NCBI GenBank assembly: GCA_036170655.1 | Contig: JAVHPP010000141.1 | Coordinates: 1 to 38,636, forward strand | Origin: Candidatus Zixiibacteriota bacterium | GTDB lineage: Bacteria; Zixibacteria; MSB-5A5; WJJR01 | DNA: 38,636 nucleotides | Direction: 5' to 3' | Shown: in pieces, positions 27,930 through 37,201 of the stretch | Position numbering within the stretch: position 1 is the stretch's first letter | Layout: the number at the start of each line of letters is the position of its first letter | Position numbers and translations under genes: made by a program | The notes under the pieces: model-generated | Told to the model about the DNA's origin: nothing | Databases searched by the model: none | Seen by the model: the letters and a program-made list of their open reading frames with translations, nothing else

Positions 27930-28598
27930 TCACTCTAACCCCGTGTAAGGAATCCCTTCCTGCTTCGCAACTTCAGGGTGCGGACCGGCCTCTGCGCGTG
28001 CAGGGACGCACGACCGTGTGTCCCTACGCCCGGCCAACGGTGACACGCATCCCAGTTCCGAAGGTACCGACATGAAACGAGTGACAGTCTCGCGCATCTT
28101 TTCCCGGGCCCGGGATAGACGCGACTTGATGGTTCCCTCACGTGTGCACCAGATGCGCGCGATCTCGGCGATAGCGTATCCCTCGAGCTCATAGAGCACG
28201 ATGAGGGCGCGTTCGTCCGCGGTCAAACCGGCCATGGCCCGGTCCAACCACCGTCGCGCATCGAGCACCCCCCGTGGATCGATAGACGTGGCCGGAGATG
28301 CGGCGATCGAACTGTCATTCTCCTGATCTTGCGTTCTCTTCCCCAACCAGAGTTGCCGCCAGTGCCGGCGCCGGAGCTGGTTGCGAAACGTGTTGGCGAT
28401 GATCCGGAAAAACCAGGGTTTGAATCCGTCCTGAGTATTCCTCAGTCCGGGAAGTCCGTGCCAGGCGGCGAGGATGGCGTCATGATAGAGATCCTCCGCG
28501 TCCTGCCGTGTCGTGCACAAACGCCGGCAGTAGCGGATCGCGGCTTCATGAACCGGCTGCAGCAGTTCCTCGAATCGCGCTCTCTGAGTCAGTTCCAC
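27930..28598 (-). CDS. ECF RNA polymerase sigma factor
   Basis: DAEDLYHDAIL, FKPWFFRIIANTF and EG....EIA......GTIKSRLSRAR. GTG/TTG start near 28598 after GGAGAGGG. Confidence 0.9.
   Translation of the reverse strand: MELTQRARFEELLQPVHEAAIRYCRRLCTTRQDAEDLYHDAILAAWHGLPGLRNTQDGFKPWFFRIIANTFRNQLRRRHWRQLWLGKRTQDQENDSSIAASPATSIDPRGVLDARRWLDRAMAGLTADERALIVLYELEGYAIAEIARIWCTREGTIKSRLSRAREKMRETVTRFMSVPSELGCVSPLAGRRDTRSCVPARAEAGPHPEVAKQEGIPYTGLE
28000..28027. repeat. REP-like palindrome (GTAGGGACAC..GCGTCCCTGC on the minus strand) in the 3' end of the ECF gene
   Basis: GCAGGGACGCACGACCGTGTGTCCCTAC forms an imperfect hairpin ending in CTAC (GTAG-type REP). Confidence 0.65.
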
Positions 28599-28944
28599 CA
28601 ATCCCTCTCCATCCCGGCAGTCATCGGTCCACCGGCTTCCATGTGATAAGACACGCGGGCCGCTGGTTTGGTTGCATGGAGTAATGTCGGTGGTATTGCG
28701 GACAAGATACAATCTTGAATCTCCGGGGTAAGTGCTTGGCAGGCGGGCGATGAGCTTATTGCAAGAATCATTGTGCCGACACTACCAGTATGGGATGCAA
28801 GTGACGGAGGTATCGTGGAGTAACGCGGTCTTTCCAGATAGATCGAGGGCGTGCTACGGGAGCAGGAAATCGAAGATCCGCGCCATGTAATGATCGACCT
28901 CATCATTCTCAGACCGACCTACATTGGGTGGAAAGGGGAAATTG

Positions 28945-29841
28945 ATGACTTCACCAGCGACAGTGGTTCGCGATCAGCAACGCGCATGGGCGCATAGCCG
29001 CGGCATCGATTGCGACTCGAGGGGCTACATGGGGAGCCTGTCCGACAACCTCTTTGCACCGTTGTCGGCGCCCTCGGAGGAGGAGTTCCGCAACGGCGAC
29101 GGGGATGAGCTCGGCCAGCCCGGCAAGCGCGGGAAGATGCAGGCCCTGCATTCGTCGTCGGCTCTTGCGGCCAACGTGTTCGACTATTGGCGCTGCCGGG
29201 ACGCTCGACCGCTGGCGACCGCGCTTGGCGTGCCGGTGCCCATCGTCAAGATCGAGAAGATCGAGTTCGAGCAGAAGTTTCCAACAGGGCTTCCCGGCCA
29301 CGCTCCGAATCTGGATGTGGTGCTTCGTCTGTCTACTCGTTCTCTGATCGCGATCGAGAGCAAGTTTCTGGAGCCATATGGAGCGCACGGCCCGGGCTTC
29401 AAGGAGACGTACTTCACCTCCGAACCAGGACTCTGGCAGAAGGCCGGTTACCCTCAATGCCAGGAACTGGCTCAGGTGCTCCATTCGGGGGATCCGGTCT
29501 ACAAGTGGCTATACGCGGAGCAGCTCCTCAAGCACATCCTCGGTCTGGCGCACTCGGGCACACCGTGGTCGCTTCTGTATCTATGGTATGAAGTACCGGG
29601 TGAGGCTACTGCAGAGCACGCCGCAGAGGCAGAGCATTTCGGCAACGTGGTTAGCTCCGACGGCATCGATTTCAAAGTGCTGACCTATCAGGCTCTGTTG
29701 TCGAACCTTCGTCGGCACGCGGACGAGCGTGATCGCGCATACGTGGACTACCTGAGCCAACGGTACTTGGGTATGTCCGCCCAAGACAGGTATCAAGCCG
29801 GGCACGCGGCGGCAAGGGCTTGGCAGACAGTGTCAAAGTAA
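28945..29841 (+). CDS. PD-(D/E)xK putative restriction endonuclease (PGN_0703-like)
   Basis: HSSSALAANVF, FEQKFPTG, PNLDVVL..AIESKFLEPY and QLLKHILGL motifs. Confidence 0.72.
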   Translation: MTSPATVVRDQQRAWAHSRGIDCDSRGYMGSLSDNLFAPLSAPSEEEFRNGDGDELGQPGKRGKMQALHSSSALAANVFDYWRCRDARPLATALGVPVPIVKIEKIEFEQKFPTGLPGHAPNLDVVLRLSTRSLIAIESKFLEPYGAHGPGFKETYFTSEPGLWQKAGYPQCQELAQVLHSGDPVYKWLYAEQLLKHILGLAHSGTPWSLLYLWYEVPGEATAEHAAEAEHFGNVVSSDGIDFKVLTYQALLSNLRRHADERDRAYVDYLSQRYLGMSAQDRYQAGHAAARAWQTVSK

Positions 29842-29865
29842 AACCCCGCGCCAGTGACGCGGGGT
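29834..29865. repeat. 32-bp exact copy of the nrdJ terminator (second copy 32877-32908)
   Basis: CAAAGTAAAACCCCGCGCCAGTGACGCGGGGT at both sites. Confidence 0.95.
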
Positions 29866-30350
29866 TTTCCCATTTGAACCTAGCCGAGAGACCGGATACG
29901 TGCTTGCCCCCGTCCGTTGACCGGGAAAGCGATTGCCCCATGAAGTCTGGTTTCCATATGCTATCTTTGGACAGTCCCCCGCGAGGGCCGCGTGGGGCTG
30001 TAAAGACAAGTTCGTGAACATGCGGTCAGCCACGACGCAAATTCTTTGCGAGTCTTCTCCCAAGCGAGAACAAGCCCCCGATAGCGGGCGGCCGAAACTG
30101 ATGTCCTCAACCGTGGACCGGCGGGCGTTCGCAGTCTGGTAGACGGGCTTTGAAGCGATTCAAGGAGGTCTTGTTATGCCGACCCGAACAAAATGCCGTG
30201 ATAAATGACTGGACGGGTGGCAACCTATTGAAACGAAATGGCTTAATCGCCCCTTCAACAGGATATCCGAAAGCGTCTTATGCGATCAGGAACGACGAAA
30301 TTCGCATGTTGTGCGGGTCTGTCTAATTATTGTTCGGCGGCCGAGGCAAT

Positions 30351-31184
30351 GTGAAAGACCAGTATTTTGGTGACGTGAACGACTTTCGCAAGTACGGCTT
30401 GCTTCGTTTGCTGTCCATCGCTGATCGCCTCTGCTTGGGTGTTTGCTGGATGCTGACCGAACCCGACAGCAGAACGGACGGGAAGTTTCTCAGCTACCTT
30501 CATAACCCGAAGAAGTACCGGCATCGCGATCCTGACCTTTTCGATTGGCTGCAACAGGTAGTCGGAGTCGAGAAAGATCGTCGCACAGCGCGGATCGAAG
30601 TGTCAACCCTTCTTGGTTCAGCGCTGTTCAAGCCAGAGATTCTGACGGACCACAAAGGTAAGCGGAGCGCCTATTTCTCTGAGTGTAGCAGTCGCTTCGC
30701 TGGTTGTGACCTGATATTCTTCGATCCAGACAACGGCCTGGAGATCAAATCAACTCAGCGGGGACACAAGGACTCATGCAAGTTCCTGTATTGGGATGAG
30801 GTGTGCGGCAGCTTCGAAGCCGGGTCATCCGTGCTAATTTACCAGCACTTCATTCGTGAGGAGCGAGACGGGTTTATTGCACGGATGGCAGCGGAGCTGA
30901 AACGCCTGACGAAGGCAGCGGCGGTCTTCTCCTACAGGACGCCACATGTTCTGTTCCTGTTGGCGTCGCATGAAAGACACGCCGCTGGCTTCCGGAACCA
31001 ACTCGGCGCTGTTCAGTCGTTCTGGGCGCCGAAGCAGGTTATTGCCCTGGAGCATACGCCGCCGAACCAGGCGCTGCACCTGACCGCTGTTCCGCTGCGC
31101 TCCATAGCGGCAGGTGAGCTCGGTCGTTGTCCCGCTCGTCATAGTCCGAATCCGCTATCCACTCATCACGGGGAGTCATCATGA
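30351..31184 (+). CDS. Integron cassette hypothetical protein (MKxQYFGDxND family), reading through its attC
   Basis: GTG start with GAGG SD; FFDPDNG motif. The C-terminal PPNQALHLTAVPLRSIAAGELGR is translated attC sequence. Confidence 0.75.
   Translation: MKDQYFGDVNDFRKYGLLRLLSIADRLCLGVCWMLTEPDSRTDGKFLSYLHNPKKYRHRDPDLFDWLQQVVGVEKDRRTARIEVSTLLGSALFKPEILTDHKGKRSAYFSECSSRFAGCDLIFFDPDNGLEIKSTQRGHKDSCKFLYWDEVCGSFEAGSSVLIYQHFIREERDGFIARMAAELKRLTKAAAVFSYRTPHVLFLLASHERHAAGFRNQLGAVQSFWAPKQVIALEHTPPNQALHLTAVPLRSIAAGELGRCPARHSPNPLSTHHGESS
31061..31132 (+). mobile_element. Integron attC site 1
   Basis: R'' GCCGAAC-N5-GCT(G)CACCTG(A)CCGCT..AGCGGCAGGTGAGC-N6-GTT R'. GCCGCCGAAC is the exact reverse complement of GTTCGGCGGC at the cassette start (30332-30341). 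Confidence 0.88.
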
Positions 31185-31798
31185 GTGAAAAATCCTTCTG
31201 TCGCATCGGTGTTTTCTACGATGGCTCATATTTCACCTACGCCCAGCACTTCTTCTATCACAACCGCAAACTCGGATGGCTTGATTTCCAGCCCTTTCAT
31301 TTGCTAGTCGAGAACACCGTCCGCGCTCAAGAGCAGGGTTATACGAACTACAAAACAGTCTATGCGGCGTGGTTTCAGGGGCTGTTCAGTTCCACTAAGG
31401 CCGAAGAGCGACAACTGCGAAATGAACGCAACCGCTATCACGACCTTATGCACGCGGGCATTGAGCCAAAGTATTTCCCTATGTCGATATCACAGGGCGA
31501 GAAGGGCGCTGACGTAGCATTGGCAATTGACGCACTTCAGATTGGATTGGACGGGCGAATTAATATTGCCGCGCTTGTCAGTGGCGATGCAGATTTAATT
31601 CCGCTCGTACGCGCCTTGATGAAACAGGGCATTCGAGTAATGGCTGTCTATTTCCAGTACGAAGAGGGCGAATACAAGAGTTTCATCAATGAACGGCTGT
31701 TGCGTGTCTGCAACTACTCGCTGAACGTCAACGCGCTGGAAGAAGACAAGAATACGAAAGCGGTATTCAGGGGATTGTTTCGGAAACCCGATGAATAA
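31181..31798 (+). CDS. NYN domain (LabA/DUF88, PIN-like) protein in an integron cassette
   Basis: IGVFYDGSYF, EKGADVALAIDAL and VSGDADLIPLV motifs; GGGGAG SD. Confidence 0.88.
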   Translation: MSEKSFCRIGVFYDGSYFTYAQHFFYHNRKLGWLDFQPFHLLVENTVRAQEQGYTNYKTVYAAWFQGLFSSTKAEERQLRNERNRYHDLMHAGIEPKYFPMSISQGEKGADVALAIDALQIGLDGRINIAALVSGDADLIPLVRALMKQGIRVMAVYFQYEEGEYKSFINERLLRVCNYSLNVNALEEDKNTKAVFRGLFRKPDE

Positions 31799-31809
31799 AC
31801 CACCCGGCA

Positions 31810-31901
31810 GCGTACAAAAAAATTCATCCAGCCGACCGGGAATAGGCCGGTCACGTTTGCAACTTAGCTCTGTGGCCCGACGGCCGATGACGGTGTTATG
31901 C
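31810..31901 (+). mobile_element. Degenerate attC site 2
   Basis: TCAT(C)CAGCCG(A)CCGGG ... CCCGACGGCCGATGA-cggt-GTTATGC. R'' region AGCGTACAAA is a partial complement of the cassette start GTTGTCCCGCT. Confidence 0.6.
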
Positions 31902-31933
31902 GGCCCGCGCAACATGATCGTGTGAGGTAACCA

Positions 31934-32111
31934 ATGTCCTTGTCGCAAGTTCTGTCGAAAACTCGTTCTTGAGCGCCACTATACCGCCTCGGCGTTTATC
32001 ACTTCATCTGTTGGAGACGGCATCAAGGGCAAGTTCAAGACGCTGTCGGACGATCTGTCGGTTGACCGTTTTGCCAAGGTTCTCGTTGCCCATCTGGCAA
32101 GTTTTGTGTGA
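31934..32111 (+). pseudogene. Type II restriction endonuclease remnant (PaeR7I/XhoI-like C-terminus)
   Basis: GAGG SD plus ATG (MSLSQ) joined out of frame to 53 codons (31950-32111) FCRKLVLERHYTASAFITS..FAKVLVAHLASFV*. Confidence 0.65.
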
Positions 32112-32824
32112 TGATATCACGCCAACAGTTCATCGATTGATCAACGGAGACGCACGGGACTTGTCGTTCGTGGATGATGAGTCCGTCCATCTCGTTGTCA
32201 CATCGCCTCCGTATTGGAACCTCAAACGCTACAACGAGAATCCTGATCAACTCGGACACATTCAGGACTACGAAGCATTCATAGGTGAACTGGAAAAGGT
32301 CTGGCGGCATGTGTTCCGTATACTCGTTCCCGGCGGCCGCCTTGTATGCGTTGTCGGCGACGTTTGCGTGGCACGACGCAATTTTGGGCGACACCTCGTG
32401 TTTCCCTTGCATGCGGATATATGCGTTACATGCCGCCGACTCGGCTTTGACAATCTGAACCCCATTGTTTGGCACAAGATTGCCAACGCCTCATACGAAG
32501 TCTCGAACGGCTCGAAGTTTCTTGGCAAGCCATATGAACCGAATGCCATCATCAAGAATGACATGGAGTTCATTCTGATGCAGCGAAAACCGGGAGGTTA
32601 CCGGCAGCCAACTGGCGAGCAACGGAATGCCAGCAGAATCTCCAAAGAGGAATTTGGCCTTTGGTTACTGCCGCATGGCGGCACGCTATCTGAAAGCCGA
32701 GAACGCGAATCTCTTTGCCACGGCCAAACTCCGATTCGAGAAGGTCACCACTGAACCGGCTTGCCTTGTCAAGGAGGACCATGCCCTTTATGAAGTGCGG
32801 CCTGCAAGAAAGAGATTGGAATAG
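32104..32824 (+). pseudogene. Beta-class N4-C/N6-A DNA methyltransferase with internal deletion and frameshift
   Basis: VHLVVTSPPYW is present but HPAPFP and DPFxGxGTT (SAM binding) are absent. The C-terminal YCRMAARYLKAE.. resumes in another frame at 32666. Confidence 0.8.
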
Positions 32825-32876
32825 GCCAACAATCGCATGCAGCGGACGGCGCTCTGCGCCACCGCTGGCCGTTCCA
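32824..32876 (+). mobile_element. Truncated attC site 3
   Basis: GGCCAAC-AATCG-CAT(G)CAGCGG(A)CGGCGC-TCT-GCGCCACCGCTG; the L'/R' end is damaged just before the terminator repeat. Confidence 0.7.
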
Positions 32877-32912
32877 CAAAGTAAAACCCCGCGCCAGTGA
32901 CGCGGGGTCTTC
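32877..32912 (-). terminator. Intrinsic terminator of nrdJ
   Basis: ACCCCGCG-loop-CGCGGGGT hairpin followed by TTTACTTT on the minus strand, about 30 bp after the nrdJ stop. Confidence 0.8.
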
Positions 32913-32939
32913 ATTTCGGTCCACTCAAGAGATCTCATT

Positions 32940-35303
32940 TCAGCACTGCGAGTACCCGCAACTGCGGCACAACACGCATCCCTCTTTGTATTCGAGCATG
33001 CCGCCGCAGTCTGGGCAGTGTTCCTTGGCAATGTCGGGCGCCTTGACAATCCGGTTGCCGTTGCCGAAGTGATCGTTCAGCACTTTCGCGATCGCGTCCG
33101 GGATCGACGAGATAACGCCGCGCCGTGCAAAGATCGGCTGCGAACCGCCAATCCCATGTAACTGCTTGACGATCTGCGGTACGGGAATGCTGGAGCGCAG
33201 TGCCAACGAAATCAGCCGACAGATGGCTTCGGTGTCGGCCATGGTTGTATATCCCGACTTGCCGATCGAGGCAAAAACCTCGAATGGCTTTCCCTGGCAC
33301 ATATTGACTGTGACATAGAGATTGCCGTATCCCGTCTTGATCTTCTCGGTGAATCCCTGCAAAACTTCCGGACGCTCGACGGGTCCCACAGACCCCGTGG
33401 CTGATGTGCGAGCGGCTGTGTCAGGCGCCGCCTGTGGCGGGTTCGCCGGGGATACAACATCCGGAGGTGGAGTCTTGCCTATAGTCCGCTTGCTGAATGC
33501 CCCGATGGCATCGGTGTTTCTCGCCGATTCTGGTGTGGCTCCGGTCGACAGCACCTGTCCCGGACGCGATCCGTCGCGGTAAATCGTGACGCCCTTGCAG
33601 CCGAGACGGTACGCCTGCCAGTAAGCCGTCTGCACATCATCGGGAGTGGCCGTCGAGGAGAGATTGATGGTTTTGGAAACCGCCGAGTCGCAATGCTTCT
33701 GGAAAACCGCCTGCATGCGAATGTGGGATTCGGGGGAAACATCGGCTGTGGTGACGAAAATCTCACGCACGTCCATCGGGATCTCATCGATCTCCTGAAT
33801 GGAATTCGCGGCGGCGATTTTCTCCATCAGTTCATTCGAAAAGACCCCGCGCTCCTTGGCGATCTGCTCGAAGATGGGATTGATATCAATGAGACGTGTT
33901 CCCTCCATGACATTGCGCACGAATGAGACCGCGAAGAACGGCTCGATTCCCGACGAGCAGCCCGCGATAATCGAGATCGTCCCGGTGGGCGCCACGGTGG
34001 TGACGGTGGCGTTGCGCATCGCCACGCCCTCATCGGAGTAGATCGATCCATCCCAATTCGGGAACTTCCCGCGTGTTGTCGCGAGCTCAGAGGAATGGAT
34101 TCGCGCCTCGGACTGGATGTGCGCCATGACCTGATCACCCAATTCAAAGGCTTCCTCTGAGTCGTAACGCACACGCAGTTTGACCAGCATATCGGCCCAG
34201 CCCATAATGCCGAGGCCAATGCGGCGGTTGCCGCGTGTCTGCGTGGTGATTTCGGGAATCGGGTACTTGTTGGCGTCGATGACATTATCCAGGAAATGCA
34301 CGCCGAGTTTCACCAGCCGTGTGAGTTTATCCCAGTCCACTCCGTCGGCTGGATGACGCCGGTCGTACGTCTGCGGCAGATCTTCTTTGACGACTGCGCC
34401 CAAGTTGATCGACGCCAGATTGCAGGAGTCATACGGCGGCAAAGGCTGCTCGCCACAGGGGTTGGTGGCCTCGATCTCTTCGATGCGGTTGGTGGGATTC
34501 GTCTGGTTGATCCGGTCGATGAAGATCATGCCGGGTTCACCGGTGCGCCATGCATGTTCGACAATCGATGTAAATACCTGGCGGGCATCGAGGGTCTGCG
34601 CGATGCCGTTGACTTCGTATGGACGCCGGGTCGAGGGATTGTAAAGCGTGTAGTGACGGCCGGACTCGACCGCGTCCATGAATTCGTCGGTGATGGCGAC
34701 GGAGATGTTGAAGTTTGTGATCTGTGTCAGATCATTCTTGCAGGAGATGAACTCTTCGATGTCGGGGTGGTCAATCCGGAGAATGCCCATGTTGGCGCCG
34801 CGCCGGGTTCCTCCCTGTTTGACCGCCTCGGTCGCGGAATTGAACACCCGCATAAAGGAAACAGGGCCCGAGGCGACGCCGGACGTGGAGGCCACCACGG
34901 AATTGCGGGGGCGCAAGCGCGAAAAGGCGAACCCGGTTCCGCCGCCGGATTTGTGGATCAAGGCCGCATTCTTGATGGTCTCAAAAATCTCTTCCATAGA
35001 GTCGCCAACCGGCAAAACGAAACAGGCCGATAACTGCCCCAGCGGCCGCCCGGCGTTCATCAGCGTCGGCGAGTTGGGCATGAACTCACGGTCAACCATC
35101 GCCTGATAAAACATCCCGGCGGTTTTCTGGATTTGGTCAGGGGTCGCCCCATAGGTGGCATCCGGAGCGGCAATCGCATTAGCGACACGGTGAAACAACT
35201 CAGCAGGGGTCTCGGCAATTCGTCCGTCGGCGTCCTTCTTGAGGTAGCGCCGTTCGAGAACCCGTAGCGCATTCTGTGGCAACACTGGTGTTTTTTCGAA
35301 CAT
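32940..35303 (-). CDS. nrdJ: Class II (B12-dependent) ribonucleotide reductase with C-terminal TSCPD/Zn-ribbon region
   Basis: [56 protein letters not shown] and CPDCG..C..CGYSQC motifs. Confidence 0.95.
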   Translation of the reverse strand: MFEKTPVLPQNALRVLERRYLKKDADGRIAETPAELFHRVANAIAAPDATYGATPDQIQKTAGMFYQAMVDREFMPNSPTLMNAGRPLGQLSACFVLPVGDSMEEIFETIKNAALIHKSGGGTGFAFSRLRPRNSVVASTSGVASGPVSFMRVFNSATEAVKQGGTRRGANMGILRIDHPDIEEFISCKNDLTQITNFNISVAITDEFMDAVESGRHYTLYNPSTRRPYEVNGIAQTLDARQVFTSIVEHAWRTGEPGMIFIDRINQTNPTNRIEEIEATNPCGEQPLPPYDSCNLASINLGAVVKEDLPQTYDRRHPADGVDWDKLTRLVKLGVHFLDNVIDANKYPIPEITTQTRGNRRIGLGIMGWADMLVKLRVRYDSEEAFELGDQVMAHIQSEARIHSSELATTRGKFPNWDGSIYSDEGVAMRNATVTTVAPTGTISIIAGCSSGIEPFFAVSFVRNVMEGTRLIDINPIFEQIAKERGVFSNELMEKIAAANSIQEIDEIPMDVREIFVTTADVSPESHIRMQAVFQKHCDSAVSKTINLSSTATPDDVQTAYWQAYRLGCKGVTIYRDGSRPGQVLSTGATPESARNTDAIGAFSKRTIGKTPPPDVVSPANPPQAAPDTAARTSATGSVGPVERPEVLQGFTEKIKTGYGNLYVTVNMCQGKPFEVFASIGKSGYTTMADTEAICRLISLALRSSIPVPQIVKQLHGIGGSQPIFARRGVISSIPDAIAKVLNDHFGNGNRIVKAPDIAKEHCPDCGGMLEYKEGCVLCRSCGYSQC

Positions 35304-35439
35304 ATCTTCTCCCAAGGGCGCAATATCGCTTTCGGCGACAGGTCGCCCCCTCCCCTTAAGTATTTACGACTTAAACGTCGTATGTGATCTGACTCTTCGC
35401 CGGACTTCCCCTGCCCGGATTGCGGTCAAGACATCCGCC

Positions 35440-35468
35440 AGAGTAGACGAGCGCGAAAGGCCTGTCAA
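35440..35468 (-). promoter_or_regulatory. Sigma-70 promoter of nrdJ
   Basis: Minus strand TTGACA-N17-TACTCT. Confidence 0.7.
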
Positions 35469-35496
35469 TCAAAAATCGCTGTTCTCTATAAGAAAA

Positions 35497-35544
35497 TCAC
35501 AATATCTTGTGGCTCAATAGATTACTAAGCCCACCATATTGGGC
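35497..35544. promoter_or_regulatory. Tandem NrdR boxes
   Basis: CACAATATCTTGTG (35498-35511) and CCCACCATATTGGG (35530-35543), 32 bp apart, upstream of nrdJ. Confidence 0.78.
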
Positions 35545-35846
35545 ATACGATCTGCTAGCGACACAGCCGCATCGTTGTTTTATCGCCCCGTGCACGGAAT
35601 CTGTTGAAGCTTCGGGAGTTGTGGCGATATCGGGGGTTGGTGATGATGTTGAACGTTGACGCGACGCTTATCTGGTCAGGGACGGTCGTGCGGTCTGTCA
35701 TTAAGCCATTGTAGTTCAACATATTGCTCTATGTAAACGAGGCGGGATGCCACCCGCTGCCTATTATCAATCATGAAAATGACAGTCATATTTTCTTATG
35801 CTGTACAGATTGAATTCCGTAAGGCACTGAACGGGATAATGTTACG

Positions 35847-37076
35847 TTAACGCCGACGTTTTTTTAGTCTGTCTCTGAGCAAATGGAGGAAGAGTCCGAC
35901 ATCCGTCACACACCCGATCGCCTGGTGTGAACCACGGTCGGCAAGTTTGGTGACAACCGAGGGATTGATGTCGACACAGACTGTCTTGACCCACGATGGG
36001 AGCATATTGCCCACAGCGATGGAATGCAACATGGAGGAAAGCATCAGAACAATCTCCGCCCCGTGCAGATGCCGGGCGTAGGCCTCTTGGGCGCGGTTTG
36101 TGTCGGTGATGACTTCCGGGAGTGGTCCGTCATCGCGGATCGAGCCGGCCAGGACAAATGGCACGTTTTTTCTGATCAGTGCGTGCATCAGCCCTTCTTG
36201 CAGAATCCCCTTGCGGACCGCCTGTTTCAATCCCCCGGCCAGACGGATCGCGTTGATCGCCCGCATGTGGTGCTGGTGCCCATTATTGACTGGCGCTCCG
36301 GTCTGGGTGTCGATCCCGAGCGATGTTCCGTAGAGGGCGCGTTCCACATCATGGACCGCCAGCGCGTTGCCGGCCAGCAAGGCATCGACCCAACCGCCTC
36401 GGACGATCTCCGCCAGCGGCTCGTTCCCGCCGGTGTGGATGACCACGGGGCCAGCCACCACGATCATCTTTCCCTGCCGCGCTTTGATCCAGTCGGCGAC
36501 CCGGCGGACGACCCATTCGACCTTTTTCTCGGATGAGACATCATTTGTCATGAAGGCGAAGTCGGAACGGTCGCGTTCTTTGAATTCCGGGATGATACGG
36601 ATGCCCTGGTGGCCGCAGACGACCGCATCGCCACGATGCACGTCGCGCAGCTTGCGGCATGTCAATTCCGCCTCATGGCGCGAAACGATGATTACGGCAT
36701 CCATCCGCTGATTCTGCACGGGGTGCCAGCGTCCGCCAAGATATACCTGTGTGGCATGGTTGGTTGTGGAGTAGAACCCCGGCGGGGCGGTCCCATCCCT
36801 GGATGCGCGTTTGACCAGTGGTCCCTTCAGTTCGGATGGGCAGAAACCGAGCCGGCCGAGACGGTCAAGCAATTCATCCAGTGAGCGCCCGGTCGGGGCT
36901 TGAATCTCGATGGCGGCTTCGCTCGGCTGGAGATTGGTCGATCCCAAGGTAAAGCGACGCATCACAAATGTCGCCTTCCCGCGAACAATCAGGTCCATGG
37001 CCTCGGAAAGAAGACCGGAATCGACCAAGTGGCCTTCGGCGGTCACGGTCGCGCGATATGACCCATTTACTGCCAT
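35847..37076 (-). CDS. TIGR00300 family protein (LOR/SDH-like; ornithine cyclodeaminase domain of ArgZ type)
   Basis: EGHLVDSG, FYSTTNH, RMDA, VAGPVVIHTG, GNALAVHD, LAGSIRDDGPLP, HSIAVGN and KLADRGS motifs. Confidence 0.88.
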   Translation of the reverse strand: MAVNGSYRATVTAEGHLVDSGLLSEAMDLIVRGKATFVMRRFTLGSTNLQPSEAAIEIQAPTGRSLDELLDRLGRLGFCPSELKGPLVKRASRDGTAPPGFYSTTNHATQVYLGGRWHPVQNQRMDAVIIVSRHEAELTCRKLRDVHRGDAVVCGHQGIRIIPEFKERDRSDFAFMTNDVSSEKKVEWVVRRVADWIKARQGKMIVVAGPVVIHTGGNEPLAEIVRGGWVDALLAGNALAVHDVERALYGTSLGIDTQTGAPVNNGHQHHMRAINAIRLAGGLKQAVRKGILQEGLMHALIRKNVPFVLAGSIRDDGPLPEVITDTNRAQEAYARHLHGAEIVLMLSSMLHSIAVGNMLPSWVKTVCVDINPSVVTKLADRGSHQAIGCVTDVGLFLHLLRDRLKKRRR

Positions 37077-37201
37077 CTCTTAAACCAAATCGGGTTTTCT
37101 CACGATAACCTAAATGGAGGCCGTCCACTTGGTGTACTTCCTTTCGCAGGGCATGTCTGCCATGGAAAGGGCACATCGAAAACATGGGTGCCGCAAGAAC
37201 G

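Noticed and set aside
29866..30310. Integron integrase or other gene upstream of the cassettes
   Set aside because: Only short ORFs without tyrosine-recombinase motifs; the SD-led 10-codon ORF at about 30176 is unsupported.
35304..35846. Cobalamin riboswitch upstream of nrdJ
   Set aside because: No B12-box or core motifs recognised; NrdR boxes and a promoter explain part of the region.
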